Origin: Pseudomonadota bacterium
GTDB lineage: Bacteria; Myxococcota; JACRCW01; JAFGSX01
Direction of reading: 5' to 3'
Assembly: GCA_043821645.1 (NCBI GenBank)
Contig: JBDRCO010000051.1
Span: 32,001-96,000 of the forward strand
Length of the DNA: 64,000 bases
Part shown: piece after piece, positions 17,059 to 26,924 of the stretch
How the letters are laid out: the number at the start of each line of letters is the position of its first letter
Numbering within the stretch: position 1 is the stretch's first letter
Notes under the pieces: generated by a model
Databases searched by the model: none
What the model was told of the DNA's origin: nothing
Seen by the model: the letters and a program-made list of their open reading frames with translations, nothing else
Translations under genes and position numbers: made by a program

Positions 17059-19530
17059 CTACAGCGGGAAGGGGAACTTGATCGGGCCGACGTCATCGCC
17101 ATCGAAGGTCGGGAACTTCCACTTGGCGATGGCATCCTGCACACAGCCGCCGACGTAGGTGCCCTTGAATTTCGAATCGAGCACCGACACGTTCTTGGTT
17201 CGCCCGTCGGGGCGGATGTACCACTGCATCTTGAGGGTTCCGGTGGCCAGCCGCGGATTACGCTTGGCTTGCTCCGCCGAGCACTGCTTCACGTCGCCGA
17301 GGTTCTTCTTCACCGTCATCAGGATATCGGTCTTGGACAGCGTGGCCTTCTTGCCGTTCGAGCGCGAAGGGGGCAGCGCCGCATCTCCTGTCGGGCAATT
17401 GCCGTCCGGGTAAAGGATGGGGTCGCAGGAGCCGCTGCGCTTGGTGGGGGTGCGCACAGGTTCCGGGTCCGACTGCGGATCGGGCTTGGGGTCAGGCTTG
17501 GGATCCGTCCTGGGCTCGACCTTGCGCGGACCCTTGGTCGAACTCGAGTTGCCACTGGGCTTGCGCGTAGACGGACCCTTGCGCCCGTCGTCGCCAGTCT
17601 CCGCAGGGTTGTTCCCGGGACGGGGGTCCGCGCTGGCCCCCGGATCTGGCTTCGTGACGTCCGTGCCGCCAGCCGCGGCGGGGTCCGTGGCGGCAGCCCC
17701 GGTCGTGGTCCCGGTGCCTGTGCCCGGCGTCACACCAGCAGGGTTGGTCGGGTTCTGCGGCGAGCCGGTCGAGGGGCCGCCTGTGGTGGGTGTCCCGGTA
17801 ACCGGGTTGGTCGGCGCTTGCACCACCACCGCCGGCGCGGGCTCGCGCAGCAGCAGCACCAGGACGACGACGAACAGGCCGATGAGCGCCAGACCACCAC
17901 CGCCGGCCCCCAGGATGAGAGGCCAGTTCATCTCGCGCTTGGGTGCGGAGATGTAGGAGGGGCGCTTGAGCACCATCGAGGACTGACCGGCGATCTGCTC
18001 GATGTTGATGTCGTCGGTGGAGTGCGAAGAGATCTGTTGCGAGAAGGGATCTTCTGCGTAGGGCGAAACTGGCTCTTGAAGCCGGATGGGCCGCGTGCTC
18101 AGCAATTCGTCGATGGGAGGCAAGGGCTTGCCACTGACATCGCTGTCCTCGGCGATGGGCATGCTGTCGCCATAGCTCGGCGCCTGCTTGATGACATCGA
18201 TCTCCTGCTCCACCAGTGAGGCCAGGGCAGCGGCCGCTCCGGGCTGCCAGTTGACCTCCTCGTCCTCCTCCTCGGGCGCATCCTCGGGGATGGGCTGCAT
18301 GGCCGAGGACTCGGCCAGCGAGGCCGCCTGGTAAATCTCGGTCATGCCCCGGGGACGCCAGGTGCCCGAGCCCGCCATGTCGGGGGGCGGCATGTCTTCG
18401 CCGCCGGCGAGCGCAAAGGGATCGTCGGAGGCCTCGAAGGGCAGACCGCCATCCTCGGCGGGACCGGCCCCGATACCCTCATCAAAATCTGCAAGCCCGG
18501 CGAGCCCCCGGGGTTGCTCGATGGCCGTGCGAGGTGGCGCTGCCGCCGTCTTGGCCTGGACCAGGTCGCGCAGGTCGAGCACGTCACGCACCGGCATCCA
18601 GTCCGGCAACCCGCTCTGCCAGACCAAGGAATCACCATCGACCTGACCCTGATCCCAGTACTCCGCCAGATCAGCAACCGAAACGGGTCCCGCCTGATCG
18701 TCATCGATCGCCACGTACCAGAGCTTCACGGTATCGAAGCCGGCAGGCTCGTCGGGGCCTGGTTCCTCGTCGTGGTCCGCGTGCAGCTGATCGGTGAGGC
18801 TGGAGAAGGGCGTCCGGCCGGAGCCGTTGCCACCGCCTGGCATCTCCAGGTGCGCAGGACCGGGGAGCGAGATGTCGTCGTCCAGGGGTGGCATCTGAAC
18901 CGCCGCTGCACGTTCTTCCTCGACCCGCACGAGCTCGTTGTTGCTGTAGAACCGGGTCTCGCGCCGGCTGTGATCTGTACTTTCGACGGACGGCACCGCA
19001 GCGAATGGGTCGCTGGTCTCGCCAAAAACCGTGTCGAAGGCGCCGGCCAGCTCGTTGTCGAGGACATCGCCCTCGGCCGCCAGCATGGCCGAGGCCTGCT
19101 GGGCCACATCCCCCGAGGTCACAGCCAGCCCGGACGCGTCGTCAAACTCCTCGTCCCTGCGACCGTTGCCGCCCGAGCCGACGTCCTCGTCGATCAGGGG
19201 ATCGCTGCCGTAGGGCGAGGCTGCGATGGCGGTATCCCCGGTCAAGGCTTCGCCCAATCCGTCGATGCCGTCATCGTCGTCCAGGGACAGATCCTCGTCC
19301 TGATCGCCACTGGCGGAGGCGAGGTCGCCATCCGAGGTTGGATAGTTCGTCTCCTCCTCGTTCCCGGGCGGGGGCGGATACACCGTTTCCTCGTCGGAAC
19401 CGACCTCAGCCGTGGGACGAATGACGATGACGTTCTCGCAGCGCTTGCAGCGGACCTTGACGCCCCGGTCGCCGACCTTCTCGTCGGCGATCATGTACTG
19501 GGCATTGCACTGGTCGCAGTAGAATTTCAT
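17059..19530 (-). CDS. gltJ: Adventurous gliding motility protein GltJ/AgmX-like (zinc ribbon - GYF - TM - AgmX/PglI TonB-C-like domain)
   Basis: MKFYCDQCNAQYMIADEKV..VKVRCKRC zinc ribbon, and WYVAIDDDQAGP...LVWQSGLPDW (GYF_2). One TM helix, a Pro-rich periplasmic linker, and C-terminal GTLKMQWYIRPDGR...GCVQDAIAKWKFP. Confidence 0.75.
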   Translation of the reverse strand: MKFYCDQCNAQYMIADEKVGDRGVKVRCKRCENVIVIRPTAEVGSDEETVYPPPPGNEEETNYPTSDGDLASASGDQDEDLSLDDDDGIDGLGEALTGDTAIAASPYGSDPLIDEDVGSGGNGRRDEEFDDASGLAVTSGDVAQQASAMLAAEGDVLDNELAGAFDTVFGETSDPFAAVPSVESTDHSRRETRFYSNNELVRVEEERAAAVQMPPLDDDISLPGPAHLEMPGGGNGSGRTPFSSLTDQLHADHDEEPGPDEPAGFDTVKLWYVAIDDDQAGPVSVADLAEYWDQGQVDGDSLVWQSGLPDWMPVRDVLDLRDLVQAKTAAAPPRTAIEQPRGLAGLADFDEGIGAGPAEDGGLPFEASDDPFALAGGEDMPPPDMAGSGTWRPRGMTEIYQAASLAESSAMQPIPEDAPEEEDEEVNWQPGAAAALASLVEQEIDVIKQAPSYGDSMPIAEDSDVSGKPLPPIDELLSTRPIRLQEPVSPYAEDPFSQQISSHSTDDINIEQIAGQSSMVLKRPSYISAPKREMNWPLILGAGGGGLALIGLFVVVLVLLLREPAPAVVVQAPTNPVTGTPTTGGPSTGSPQNPTNPAGVTPGTGTGTTTGAAATDPAAAGGTDVTKPDPGASADPRPGNNPAETGDDGRKGPSTRKPSGNSSSTKGPRKVEPRTDPKPDPKPDPQSDPEPVRTPTKRSGSCDPILYPDGNCPTGDAALPPSRSNGKKATLSKTDILMTVKKNLGDVKQCSAEQAKRNPRLATGTLKMQWYIRPDGRTKNVSVLDSKFKGTYVGGCVQDAIAKWKFPTFDGDDVGPIKFPFPL

Positions 19531-19620
19531 GCCTGCCACGTCCCGCCGAGGTTCTCCCCGTCACAACGAACACCGAAGCGCCAGGATCTACCCTTCGTGT
19601 GGCGCCGGGTACCATCTGAA

Positions 19621-19649
19621 AGGGTAAACGTGCCAATGCGCCGAGTCAA
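19621..19649 (-). promoter_or_regulatory. Putative sigma70-type promoter for the gltJ-like gene
   Basis: Minus strand TTGACT-N17-TACCCT, about 90 bp upstream of the ATG at 19530. Confidence 0.45.
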
Positions 19650-19713
19650 CGAAACGACCGATCACAAGAAACTCCAGGCAGAACCCGGCGGCTGGCCGTG
19701 CGTTGAACAACGC

Positions 19714-20388
19714 ATGGCTCGCTTCACACATCTGATTCGCCCCCCCCGCGCCGGACGGGCCTTTCTGCACCTGGTGCCATGGCTGGCGTGCGCGCTGACC
19801 CCGGCGGCACAGGCCCAGGTTCCTGACGCGGCGCAGCGGCTGGTAGGGGCTGCCCGCTCACTGCTCACGACGCCCTATCGCTTCGGCGGGCGCCTGCGCC
19901 ACGCCACGGATGGCATCGACTGCCAGGGCGTGCTGTTCTACGCGGCCGAGCACGTGGGAGCCTGTGGGTGGCGCTCCTACTCGGTTTACCCCAGCCAGGC
20001 AATCCCCGCGGGGGAGCTCGGCGACGCGGTCCCTGGGCTGAGTCCCGTGCGCAGCAGCCGCCTGCCGATCGCTGACCTGCGCCCCGGGGACGTGCTGTGG
20101 CTGGTGGGTCCTGCTCGAAATCCCGCCGAACCTGCCATCGGAGCGTTCGACGACGGTCCGGTCTGGGTGTGGCACACGGGGATCTATAGCGGGCACGGCC
20201 AATGGATCGTGGGCGACCACTTCGCGGGACAGGTGGTCGAGACGGATCTGGCCTCGTATCTCGCTGTTCACGCAGACACCTATTCAGGTCTCGTCGTCAC
20301 GCGGCTGGCCCCGTCGCCTCGTCCAGCGCGATGCCGCCATCACGCCCGCATGGGCAGCTCCTTGACGAGAGCCACGGCTCGCCCCTGA
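19714..20388 (+). CDS. NlpC/P60-superfamily cysteine hydrolase (cell-wall peptidase-like), exported
   Basis: ARSLLTTPYRFGG, GIDCQG (catalytic Cys), LRPGDVL and WHTGIY (catalytic His), with a signal ending AQA. Confidence 0.75.
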   Translation: MARFTHLIRPPRAGRAFLHLVPWLACALTPAAQAQVPDAAQRLVGAARSLLTTPYRFGGRLRHATDGIDCQGVLFYAAEHVGACGWRSYSVYPSQAIPAGELGDAVPGLSPVRSSRLPIADLRPGDVLWLVGPARNPAEPAIGAFDDGPVWVWHTGIYSGHGQWIVGDHFAGQVVETDLASYLAVHADTYSGLVVTRLAPSPRPARCRHHARMGSSLTRATARP

Positions 20389-20506
20389 TGGCATCGCAGC
20401 GTCCGCGCGGGGCTTGCTGAGCGACGGGAAAAGCGGCAAGGTGGGCCATCTTTGAGCCGCCTCACCCGTGGTGGTGTCCCCGGGTCGAGGGCACAGTGGA
20501 GCCCGC

Positions 20507-20989
20507 ATGAACAAGAGCAGCATTCACAAGGCGCTCGAAAGCATCCCCTACGGTGTCAGCGTGGTGACGGTCGGTCGCGGTGGCGTCGAAAATGCGCTCA
20601 CCGTGTCCTGGATGAGCCAGGTCTCGTTTGACCCCCCGTGCCTGATGATCGCCGTCGACAGCCTGCACTACAGTGTCGAGTTCCTGGAGAGCACCCGCAA
20701 CTTCACGGTCAATCTGCTGGCGGAAGGCCAGACGGCGGTCGCGGCGCACTTCGCGCGCCCCAGCACCACGGAGCAAGACAAGCTGGACAAGGTCGAGACC
20801 CGTGAGGCGGAGAGCGGGGCGGCCATCCTGACCGAGGCCGTCGCCTACTTCGACTGCGAGATCCTGCAGACGCACAAGGTGGGTGGTCACACGCTGTTCA
20901 TCGGCAAGATCATCGACGCCGATGTGCTGCACGCGGTGCCCCCGCTGACCACGGCCTCGGGGATCCGCTATCGAAAAAATTCGCCCTGA
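20507..20989 (+). CDS. Flavin reductase family protein
   Basis: IPYGVSVVT, SWMSQVSFDPP, FTVNLL and GGHTLFIGKI. Confidence 0.9.
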   Translation: MNKSSIHKALESIPYGVSVVTVGRGGVENALTVSWMSQVSFDPPCLMIAVDSLHYSVEFLESTRNFTVNLLAEGQTAVAAHFARPSTTEQDKLDKVETREAESGAAILTEAVAYFDCEILQTHKVGGHTLFIGKIIDADVLHAVPPLTTASGIRYRKNSP

Positions 20990-21007
20990 CCTCGGCCCGG
21001 GGGAGCC

Positions 21008-22351
21008 GTGGACGTCTACTGCCGGCGCTGCCAGCTGTGGGAACAGCGCGCGAGGCCTCCTCAGCGAGGTGAGACCTGCCTGCAATGTGGCGCGGTCCTG
21101 CACCGCCGCCGCAGGCGCAGTCCGGCCCCGTCGACGCACTGGCGCGCCCTGATCGATGCGATCCGTTCCACCAAGGGCATCATGTTCCTGGTGCTCTATG
21201 CCGTGTTCGTGGGCCTGGCCACCATGATAGGCCGGCCGTACCTGGCAGCGCTGTTGCTCTACGCCGGGGCCGTGCGCCTGGCCTGGCGCTCCATGAACAT
21301 GCAGGGCAACAGCATCGAGTTTCCCGAACTGAGCGCCCAGGACCTGTTCAATGGGAGCGTCATGTTCGGCGTCGCCGTGTTCACGGTGAGCTTCGTCGTG
21401 GCTCCGCTGGTCCTGTTGCAGCTGGCCTTCGCCGGCGTGGCCGTGTCGATACCCGTGGCCATCGCAGTGGCCGTGCTGTTCTTTGCCTATGCGCCGATGG
21501 CTCTGTTGCTGTTTCTGCGCTCCAGCAGTGCTGCCGGCATGCTTGCGCTCCCGGCTGCGATAGGACTGGTGAGCGCCGACCCACGTGGCTACGGTTTCCT
21601 CGCCATCCTGGTGCTATCGAGCCTCGGGATCCGCCTCGCCCTCGGAGCCCTGGTCGGAATGTTCGGCCTGGTGGGCCGGCTGGGGTTCAGCGTGCTGCTG
21701 GCCCCTGTCGAGGCCACTTTTGTGCTCGTCGCTTTTGGGCTGTGCGGGCTGTTCGTGCGCAGCCACGCGCGGTCGCTCCAGGTCCCGTGCGACGAGGACG
21801 ACTGGGAGCCGCTCGGGCCCCCTGCCGTCGAGACCGCGACACCAGCTCCACCGGCGCCACCCTCACAGCCTGTGGCTCTATCGCCCGTGGTAGGCGCCGA
21901 TGGGCAGAGCCTGCTTGCCGACGACATCCCCGCGGTCACCGGTGAACTGGTGAGCGGCCCGCCACTCACACCCGGCGCCGTCACTCCCGAACCGCTCGTG
22001 CCCGTCCTGATCCCGCCATCCCCCGGTGCCGTGGTCGCCGCACCTGTCCCGAGGGTGCCACCACCCCAGGCACAGCGCGGAGGTACCGCGGACTGGCCCT
22101 GGGACGAGCATGCCACGGCTCCATCCGCGGCCGCCGTGCCACCCGCGCGATCCCCGGCGACCCAGATCATGGGCTCTGTGCTTTCGCCGGCTCCGTCGAC
22201 ACCACCCTCCCCTGCAGCCAGATCGCCCGCCGCCGAGGTGCCCGCGCCAGTGTCGGGGATCCTGGCACCCACGCCTGCACCACAGGCCCCACGCCCGGGT
22301 GGCGAGCAGGAGCTGGACAGAGCCTCCATCTCCCCCCCGCGCAGGCGTTGA
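21008..22351 (+). CDS. Membrane protein with an N-terminal zinc ribbon and a Pro-rich C-terminal tail
   Basis: CRRC...CLQC, about six hydrophobic helices, and a long Pro/Ala tail. Confidence 0.65.
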   Translation: MDVYCRRCQLWEQRARPPQRGETCLQCGAVLHRRRRRSPAPSTHWRALIDAIRSTKGIMFLVLYAVFVGLATMIGRPYLAALLLYAGAVRLAWRSMNMQGNSIEFPELSAQDLFNGSVMFGVAVFTVSFVVAPLVLLQLAFAGVAVSIPVAIAVAVLFFAYAPMALLLFLRSSSAAGMLALPAAIGLVSADPRGYGFLAILVLSSLGIRLALGALVGMFGLVGRLGFSVLLAPVEATFVLVAFGLCGLFVRSHARSLQVPCDEDDWEPLGPPAVETATPAPPAPPSQPVALSPVVGADGQSLLADDIPAVTGELVSGPPLTPGAVTPEPLVPVLIPPSPGAVVAAPVPRVPPPQAQRGGTADWPWDEHATAPSAAAVPPARSPATQIMGSVLSPAPSTPPSPAARSPAAEVPAPVSGILAPTPAPQAPRPGGEQELDRASISPPRRR

Positions 22352-25300
22352 GTCTCCCCGCTCCACTCCGTAACATCCCCCCGATGGGTCGCGCTGTTCA
22401 TGGCTGCCTGCTTGCCTTGTGCCTGGGCCTGTCCGGTGCCCTGTGTCAGCCCACGCCCCCACCCCTGGTTCTCAGTGGCGACGAGATCCTCCACAGCGGC
22501 CCGCTGCACCTCGACGAGACGGACCTGCAAGCGCTGGTGACAGGCGACTGGATCCGGGTGCGCGGCGAGATCACCTCGGACCTGCCGCTCTCCCTCGGCG
22601 GTCGAGTGCATCTGTCGCTGCGCGATCTCGACGAACATCCCGCGGCCGAGGGCACGACGGAGCTCCAGCCGAGCGCCCGCGGGGCGAACTTCGAGGTCTG
22701 GATGCGGCCTGGCCTCGACAGCGTTCGCCCGGGGACGCTGGCACGGTATGTCGTGCACGGCACGATACAGGGTCTCGGGCAGACCTTGCGCTTCAGGCGC
22801 AGCCTGTACCAGGCGAGCCGGCAGATCACCGCCGAAGTGGTGCTGCCTGCCATGCCCCTGCCCGGGCATGCTTTTCCGGTTCTGGCCAGCGCACCCGACC
22901 AGGCACAACCGCTGCTGCTCGGTATCCATGCCCTGCGCGGAGATGACCAGGCGCAGACCCTGGGCTTCGTCCGATTTGACGAGCAGGGCATCGCCAGCGG
23001 TACCCTGCGCGCCCCCGGAGACGAGCCCGCGCCCCTGCGCCTGAATGCTGATCTGGTGGCGGAGGATCTGCGCATGGCCATGCCGACGTCCTCGGTCGCG
23101 TCGTCACGGCCGCTCATCGATCTGTTCGTCGGGGGCCACAGCGCAGCCCCTGGCGACGAGGTCGAGGTGGTGGCCTGGGTGCGCGAGCGCGATGGCCGTC
23201 CCCGAACAGCCGCGCCGGGCATGCTGTGCCTGAGCATCGCACCGCAGCAGGAGTCCCTGTGCTGGCCCGTTCGTACCGACGCCCGGGGCCTGGTGCAGGA
23301 CAGGATCGAGGTCGCTCCGGCGCTGGCAGGCCTGGACGTGGTCCTCGACCTCGAAATCGCCGGCGCCGCCGCGCAAGGCACCCTTGCCGTCAGCGCCTTG
23401 CCGTCGCTGGAGCTGCCGCTTCCCACGTTGCAGACACCCGGGCGCACGGCTTCCGGGGACCTCCGTGTGCCGGTGCTGCTGGCCTCGACCCTGCCTGGCC
23501 ACCGGCTTCACGCCGAGCTGCACCTGGAGCAGGCATCCGGCCCCCTGATCGCCGAACTCGACCTGCCCCTCGACGGCAACCTCGATGAGCTGGTGCTTCC
23601 GGTCCCGGCGGCGGCCGTGCATGCCGCGTCGCGCTGGAGCCTGCTGCTGGGGGCTGAGGATCCGCTGGGTCGGCGCACGGCGAGCGCGCGCAGCCTTATG
23701 GCAGCGCCCGGAGACCTTGCTGTGGCCCTGCACACGGCCGAGCTGTGGGCGGGGCAGCCCTTCTGTGCCCTGGTCACCACCGCCACCCTCGACGGTCAGC
23801 CGGTGCCGAGCAGTGGCGTCCTGGACCTGGGCGAGCACCACCGCAGCTTCTCCGCGGGCGCGGACGGCACGGCTCTGCTCTGCGGACTGGAGGTCCCCGC
23901 GGGCGACAGCCTGGCCCGTGTCCAGGTCGTGGATGTCGAGGGGCGGAGTGGGGAGTGGCAGGGCACGCTCCAGATCTCCCCCGCGGATGCCGCAGGGATG
24001 ACGCTTCACCTGCCGCTGGTGGTCCCGGACGACGCCAACCTGCCAATAGCCCTGAGCGCGCGGGGAGACGCGCGGCTCCTCGAATCCTGGTTCCTGGCCT
24101 CGGGGCGCGTCGTGGATCTGGCGAGGGAGCCCTCGGCGAACCTGCGCGTGGCCACCTCCGACGCCGAGCAGGTGCTCACCCTGGCCAGCTTCGCCAGCGC
24201 AGGTGATGGCCTGCTGCTGCGACGCGAGCGGAGGCTGTTACCCGCCGACGACGGACGCCGCCTACAGCTCGACCTCGACGCCCAGGGCCGCGTGCTGCCG
24301 CGCTTGCGCCAGCGTGATCCGGCAGCAAGCGCACCGGCCTGGGTGACGCGTGCAGGATCCCCGGATCTGAACGCGGGTTTGTGGATAGACGAGACCCGGG
24401 CGCGCGCCCTGGCCCTCGAGCACCCTGAGTCCTCGGCTCAGGACTGCCTCGCCGCGTCACTGCTGCCGGTCTCCTCGCTCAGCGGGAACCTGTCGCCATC
24501 CGCACCGGGCCCCGAGGACCTGGCGGTCGCCCTCGCCAAGGTCGTCACCGATCTCGAGGCCATCGCACGAGATCTCGGCCAGCAACTGTCACTTGGTGAG
24601 CTGGTGGCGGCAGACCTCAACGACTGGGTCGGCCGGCGTGCGCGTGTCTACTACGACCCCTGGGGTCAGCCATACGCCCTCTGGCTCGCAGACGGACAAC
24701 TCTGGCTGGAGAGCACAGGCTTTGACGAGCTCGCCGGAACACCCGACGATCGGCGGAGCGGGCGCTACCTGCACAGCCTGCTGGAGACCGCGCCCGTCGT
24801 GGAGACCCCTGCCGCTGTCGAGGCCCCGTGGGCTCGCGCCATTCGCCCCTGGCCAACGCACGTGGTCTCGGACAACGAGCCCATCACACCCTGGCACGAC
24901 GGCCAGCCGCTCGAGATCGTCGCCCTGACCTCTGGCGGACGCGCGTACACGACCCGCGCCTCCGCAGCACCTGCCCTCGAACTCCTGGCTCCCGTCTCGC
25001 TACGCCTACGGCGCGGCGACCGGCTCCAGCTCGAGACCCTGGTGCGGTGCGCTGGTCCCTGCACGGCCGGGGTCGAGGCGTGGGTCGAGGACCCGACGCA
25101 CCTGCTCCTCGAGGAGGATCCCGCGTTGCTCGGCAGCACGACCGGCTGGCAGCGCTGGCGGATCTCTCTGCGCGCTCTCACGGACCGCTCGACCACTCTT
25201 CACGTCGTGGCGCGGGACGACGACGCTCGCCGCGACCGCGCGATCGGCATCGTGAGCCGGGACCAGGACCAGGAGCGCGGCGTCCTGGCCAGCCAGACCT

Positions 25301-26724
25301 TATGGATCGAAGACGACACCAGCTGGTTGCTGACGCCCGCGTCGAGCCCGGGACGACGGCAACGCGTTCTCTTCGCGCGAGCCTTCGAAGATGGCCTGGC
25401 TCTGGCCCTGGCCCTGCACGAACAGCTCCCCGAGCCCGAGAGCCTCGACGACGCCGCAACCATCCTGAGCCTGCCCCTCGCGGCGACGACGTCACGGCAG
25501 CATGTGCAGTGGGCCCTGGCCACGATGCTGGCGCACCAGCGCTCGGACGGAGGCTTCTCGAGCGATCGCGAGCTGCGCAGCTCGGTGCGTGCGACGCTGG
25601 TGGCGATCGAGGCGCTGTGTCAGCTCGAGGCGAGCTGGAACCTGCCCCAGCCGGCCCTCGAAGCGGCCCTGCGCTTCATCGATTCCGAGGTCGATGCCCG
25701 GGGGGCGCTCACACCTGAGCTGCTGGCCGCGGATGCCCAGGTCCGCGACCGCGAGAGACTGCGCAGTACAGCCCGGCTGGTTCGAGCCCTGGCACGGTCC
25801 CGCGCCGCCGATGCCCTGGTCGAGCGCGGCGCCCGTTACCTGTTGTCGCAGCTTGGCCCTGTGCACGACGCCAGGACCACGGCCCTCATGCTGCGCGCCC
25901 TGCAGGCGGTGGGCACCGATACCAATACACGCGACATCTTGCTGGAGCAGCTCCGCGAGGCCACACAAAGCGATCCCGAAACGTCCCTGCCCGTGTTCGC
26001 CGGCGAGATCGACGATGGCGCACAGGCTCAGATCCTGGCCAACGCCCAGGGATTGCTCGCGCTGCGCGAGCTTGGCGTGTGGGACGACCTGGCCCGCCAG
26101 GCCCTGCAGGTGACCCTGCGCGCGGTGGCAGCAGACGGCCTGCGCGTTCCTGTCGCGCAGCAGGCCGAGCTGCTGCAGGCACTGGCGTCGTTGCCCCGGG
26201 CACACGGCAGCGTGCCGAGCGCACGCCTCATCGTGGGCACCAGCGACGTCACCGTCAGCCCGACACAGCCGGCCTCCCTCGCGGTGGAACTCGGACCCGT
26301 CGATGGTCAGCTTGTCACAGGTGCCGGCCCCGTGCTGGTGCAACTGTGGCTGGAAGGCGAACCTTCGCTGCCCTTCACCGCGGGCCCGGCGGTCGACGTC
26401 GACATCCCGGCGCTGCTCACCCTGCAGGTGGGAGAGCTTCACCGCATCCCGATCACCTGGAGCGTCGACGACCCCCTGGTGCGGATCGAGGTGCAGTCCA
26501 GCCCCTGCCTGGCGGCGGCCGTGCGGACCTCACGCCGCCACATCGTCCCGCGCAGCGACGGAATCGCGAGCGCGGTACTGGCTGTGGGCGAGCGAACGGC
26601 AGCGATGCTCGAGTTGCTGGCACTGTGCCCGGGCCACCTGGCGCTCCCGGTGCTGCATGTGGCGCCTGCCAGCGAGCCCTGGCGCATCACCACGACGCGT
26701 CCGGGACTCGTGGTCATCGAGTAG
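22348..26724 (+). CDS. Divergent alpha-2-macroglobulin-like (MG2/TED) large exported protein
   Basis: 1458 aa, with MG2-like APGDEVEVVAWVR...VRTDARG, APVSLRLRRGDRL (A2M MG domain), a helical region with HQRSDGGFS, and terminal LLALCPGHLALP. The start may be ATG 22384. Confidence 0.6.
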   Translation: MSLPAPLRNIPPMGRAVHGCLLALCLGLSGALCQPTPPPLVLSGDEILHSGPLHLDETDLQALVTGDWIRVRGEITSDLPLSLGGRVHLSLRDLDEHPAAEGTTELQPSARGANFEVWMRPGLDSVRPGTLARYVVHGTIQGLGQTLRFRRSLYQASRQITAEVVLPAMPLPGHAFPVLASAPDQAQPLLLGIHALRGDDQAQTLGFVRFDEQGIASGTLRAPGDEPAPLRLNADLVAEDLRMAMPTSSVASSRPLIDLFVGGHSAAPGDEVEVVAWVRERDGRPRTAAPGMLCLSIAPQQESLCWPVRTDARGLVQDRIEVAPALAGLDVVLDLEIAGAAAQGTLAVSALPSLELPLPTLQTPGRTASGDLRVPVLLASTLPGHRLHAELHLEQASGPLIAELDLPLDGNLDELVLPVPAAAVHAASRWSLLLGAEDPLGRRTASARSLMAAPGDLAVALHTAELWAGQPFCALVTTATLDGQPVPSSGVLDLGEHHRSFSAGADGTALLCGLEVPAGDSLARVQVVDVEGRSGEWQGTLQISPADAAGMTLHLPLVVPDDANLPIALSARGDARLLESWFLASGRVVDLAREPSANLRVATSDAEQVLTLASFASAGDGLLLRRERRLLPADDGRRLQLDLDAQGRVLPRLRQRDPAASAPAWVTRAGSPDLNAGLWIDETRARALALEHPESSAQDCLAASLLPVSSLSGNLSPSAPGPEDLAVALAKVVTDLEAIARDLGQQLSLGELVAADLNDWVGRRARVYYDPWGQPYALWLADGQLWLESTGFDELAGTPDDRRSGRYLHSLLETAPVVETPAAVEAPWARAIRPWPTHVVSDNEPITPWHDGQPLEIVALTSGGRAYTTRASAAPALELLAPVSLRLRRGDRLQLETLVRCAGPCTAGVEAWVEDPTHLLLEEDPALLGSTTGWQRWRISLRALTDRSTTLHVVARDDDARRDRAIGIVSRDQDQERGVLASQTLWIEDDTSWLLTPASSPGRRQRVLFARAFEDGLALALALHEQLPEPESLDDAATILSLPLAATTSRQHVQWALATMLAHQRSDGGFSSDRELRSSVRATLVAIEALCQLEASWNLPQPALEAALRFIDSEVDARGALTPELLAADAQVRDRERLRSTARLVRALARSRAADALVERGARYLLSQLGPVHDARTTALMLRALQAVGTDTNTRDILLEQLREATQSDPETSLPVFAGEIDDGAQAQILANAQGLLALRELGVWDDLARQALQVTLRAVAADGLRVPVAQQAELLQALASLPRAHGSVPSARLIVGTSDVTVSPTQPASLAVELGPVDGQLVTGAGPVLVQLWLEGEPSLPFTAGPAVDVDIPALLTLQVGELHRIPITWSVDDPLVRIEVQSSPCLAAAVRTSRRHIVPRSDGIASAVLAVGERTAAMLELLALCPGHLALPVLHVAPASEPWRITTTRPGLVVIE

Positions 26725-26732
26725 CTGGCCAG

Positions 26733-26918
26733 GGACGGATCCAAGCGCGATCTCGGTGTGTCGAAATCGCGGAGCGTCCAGCGTGGGAGTTCCATCGCAT
26801 GCAAAATCGTGTTGGTTCGAACCGTTGGTGGGCCCGCCTCCACCGGCGACGCTTCTTGCCCTCGTGAGATCGGTAGGGAGTGTCGCCCGGGCCCCAAGAC
26901 AGAACGCATCCATACGAT
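26733..26918 (+). ncRNA. Candidate structured RNA or hairpin element between convergent genes
   Basis: 16-bp stem 26845-26860/26872-26887 with four G-U pairs and a GUGA tetraloop. It is extended by 26830-26836/26888-26894 and 26806-26815/26910-26918. A second hairpin is at 26733-26779. Confidence 0.35.
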
Positions 26919-26924
26919 CTGAGA

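Noticed and set aside
15871-18219. Long plus-strand ORF (782 aa), and similar long ORFs such as 56484..59144, 35960..38146, 37473..39446 and 375..1265
   Set aside because: These are antisense shadows of well-supported opposite-strand genes, expected in high-GC DNA, and have no motifs of their own.
26733-26918. Identification of the hairpin element as 6S RNA, SRP RNA or group II intron domain V
   Set aside because: It lacks the SRP GGAA/AGCAG motif, the domain V catalytic triad pattern, and the 6S end-to-end pairing and zapA/ygfA context. It is kept only as an unassigned candidate.
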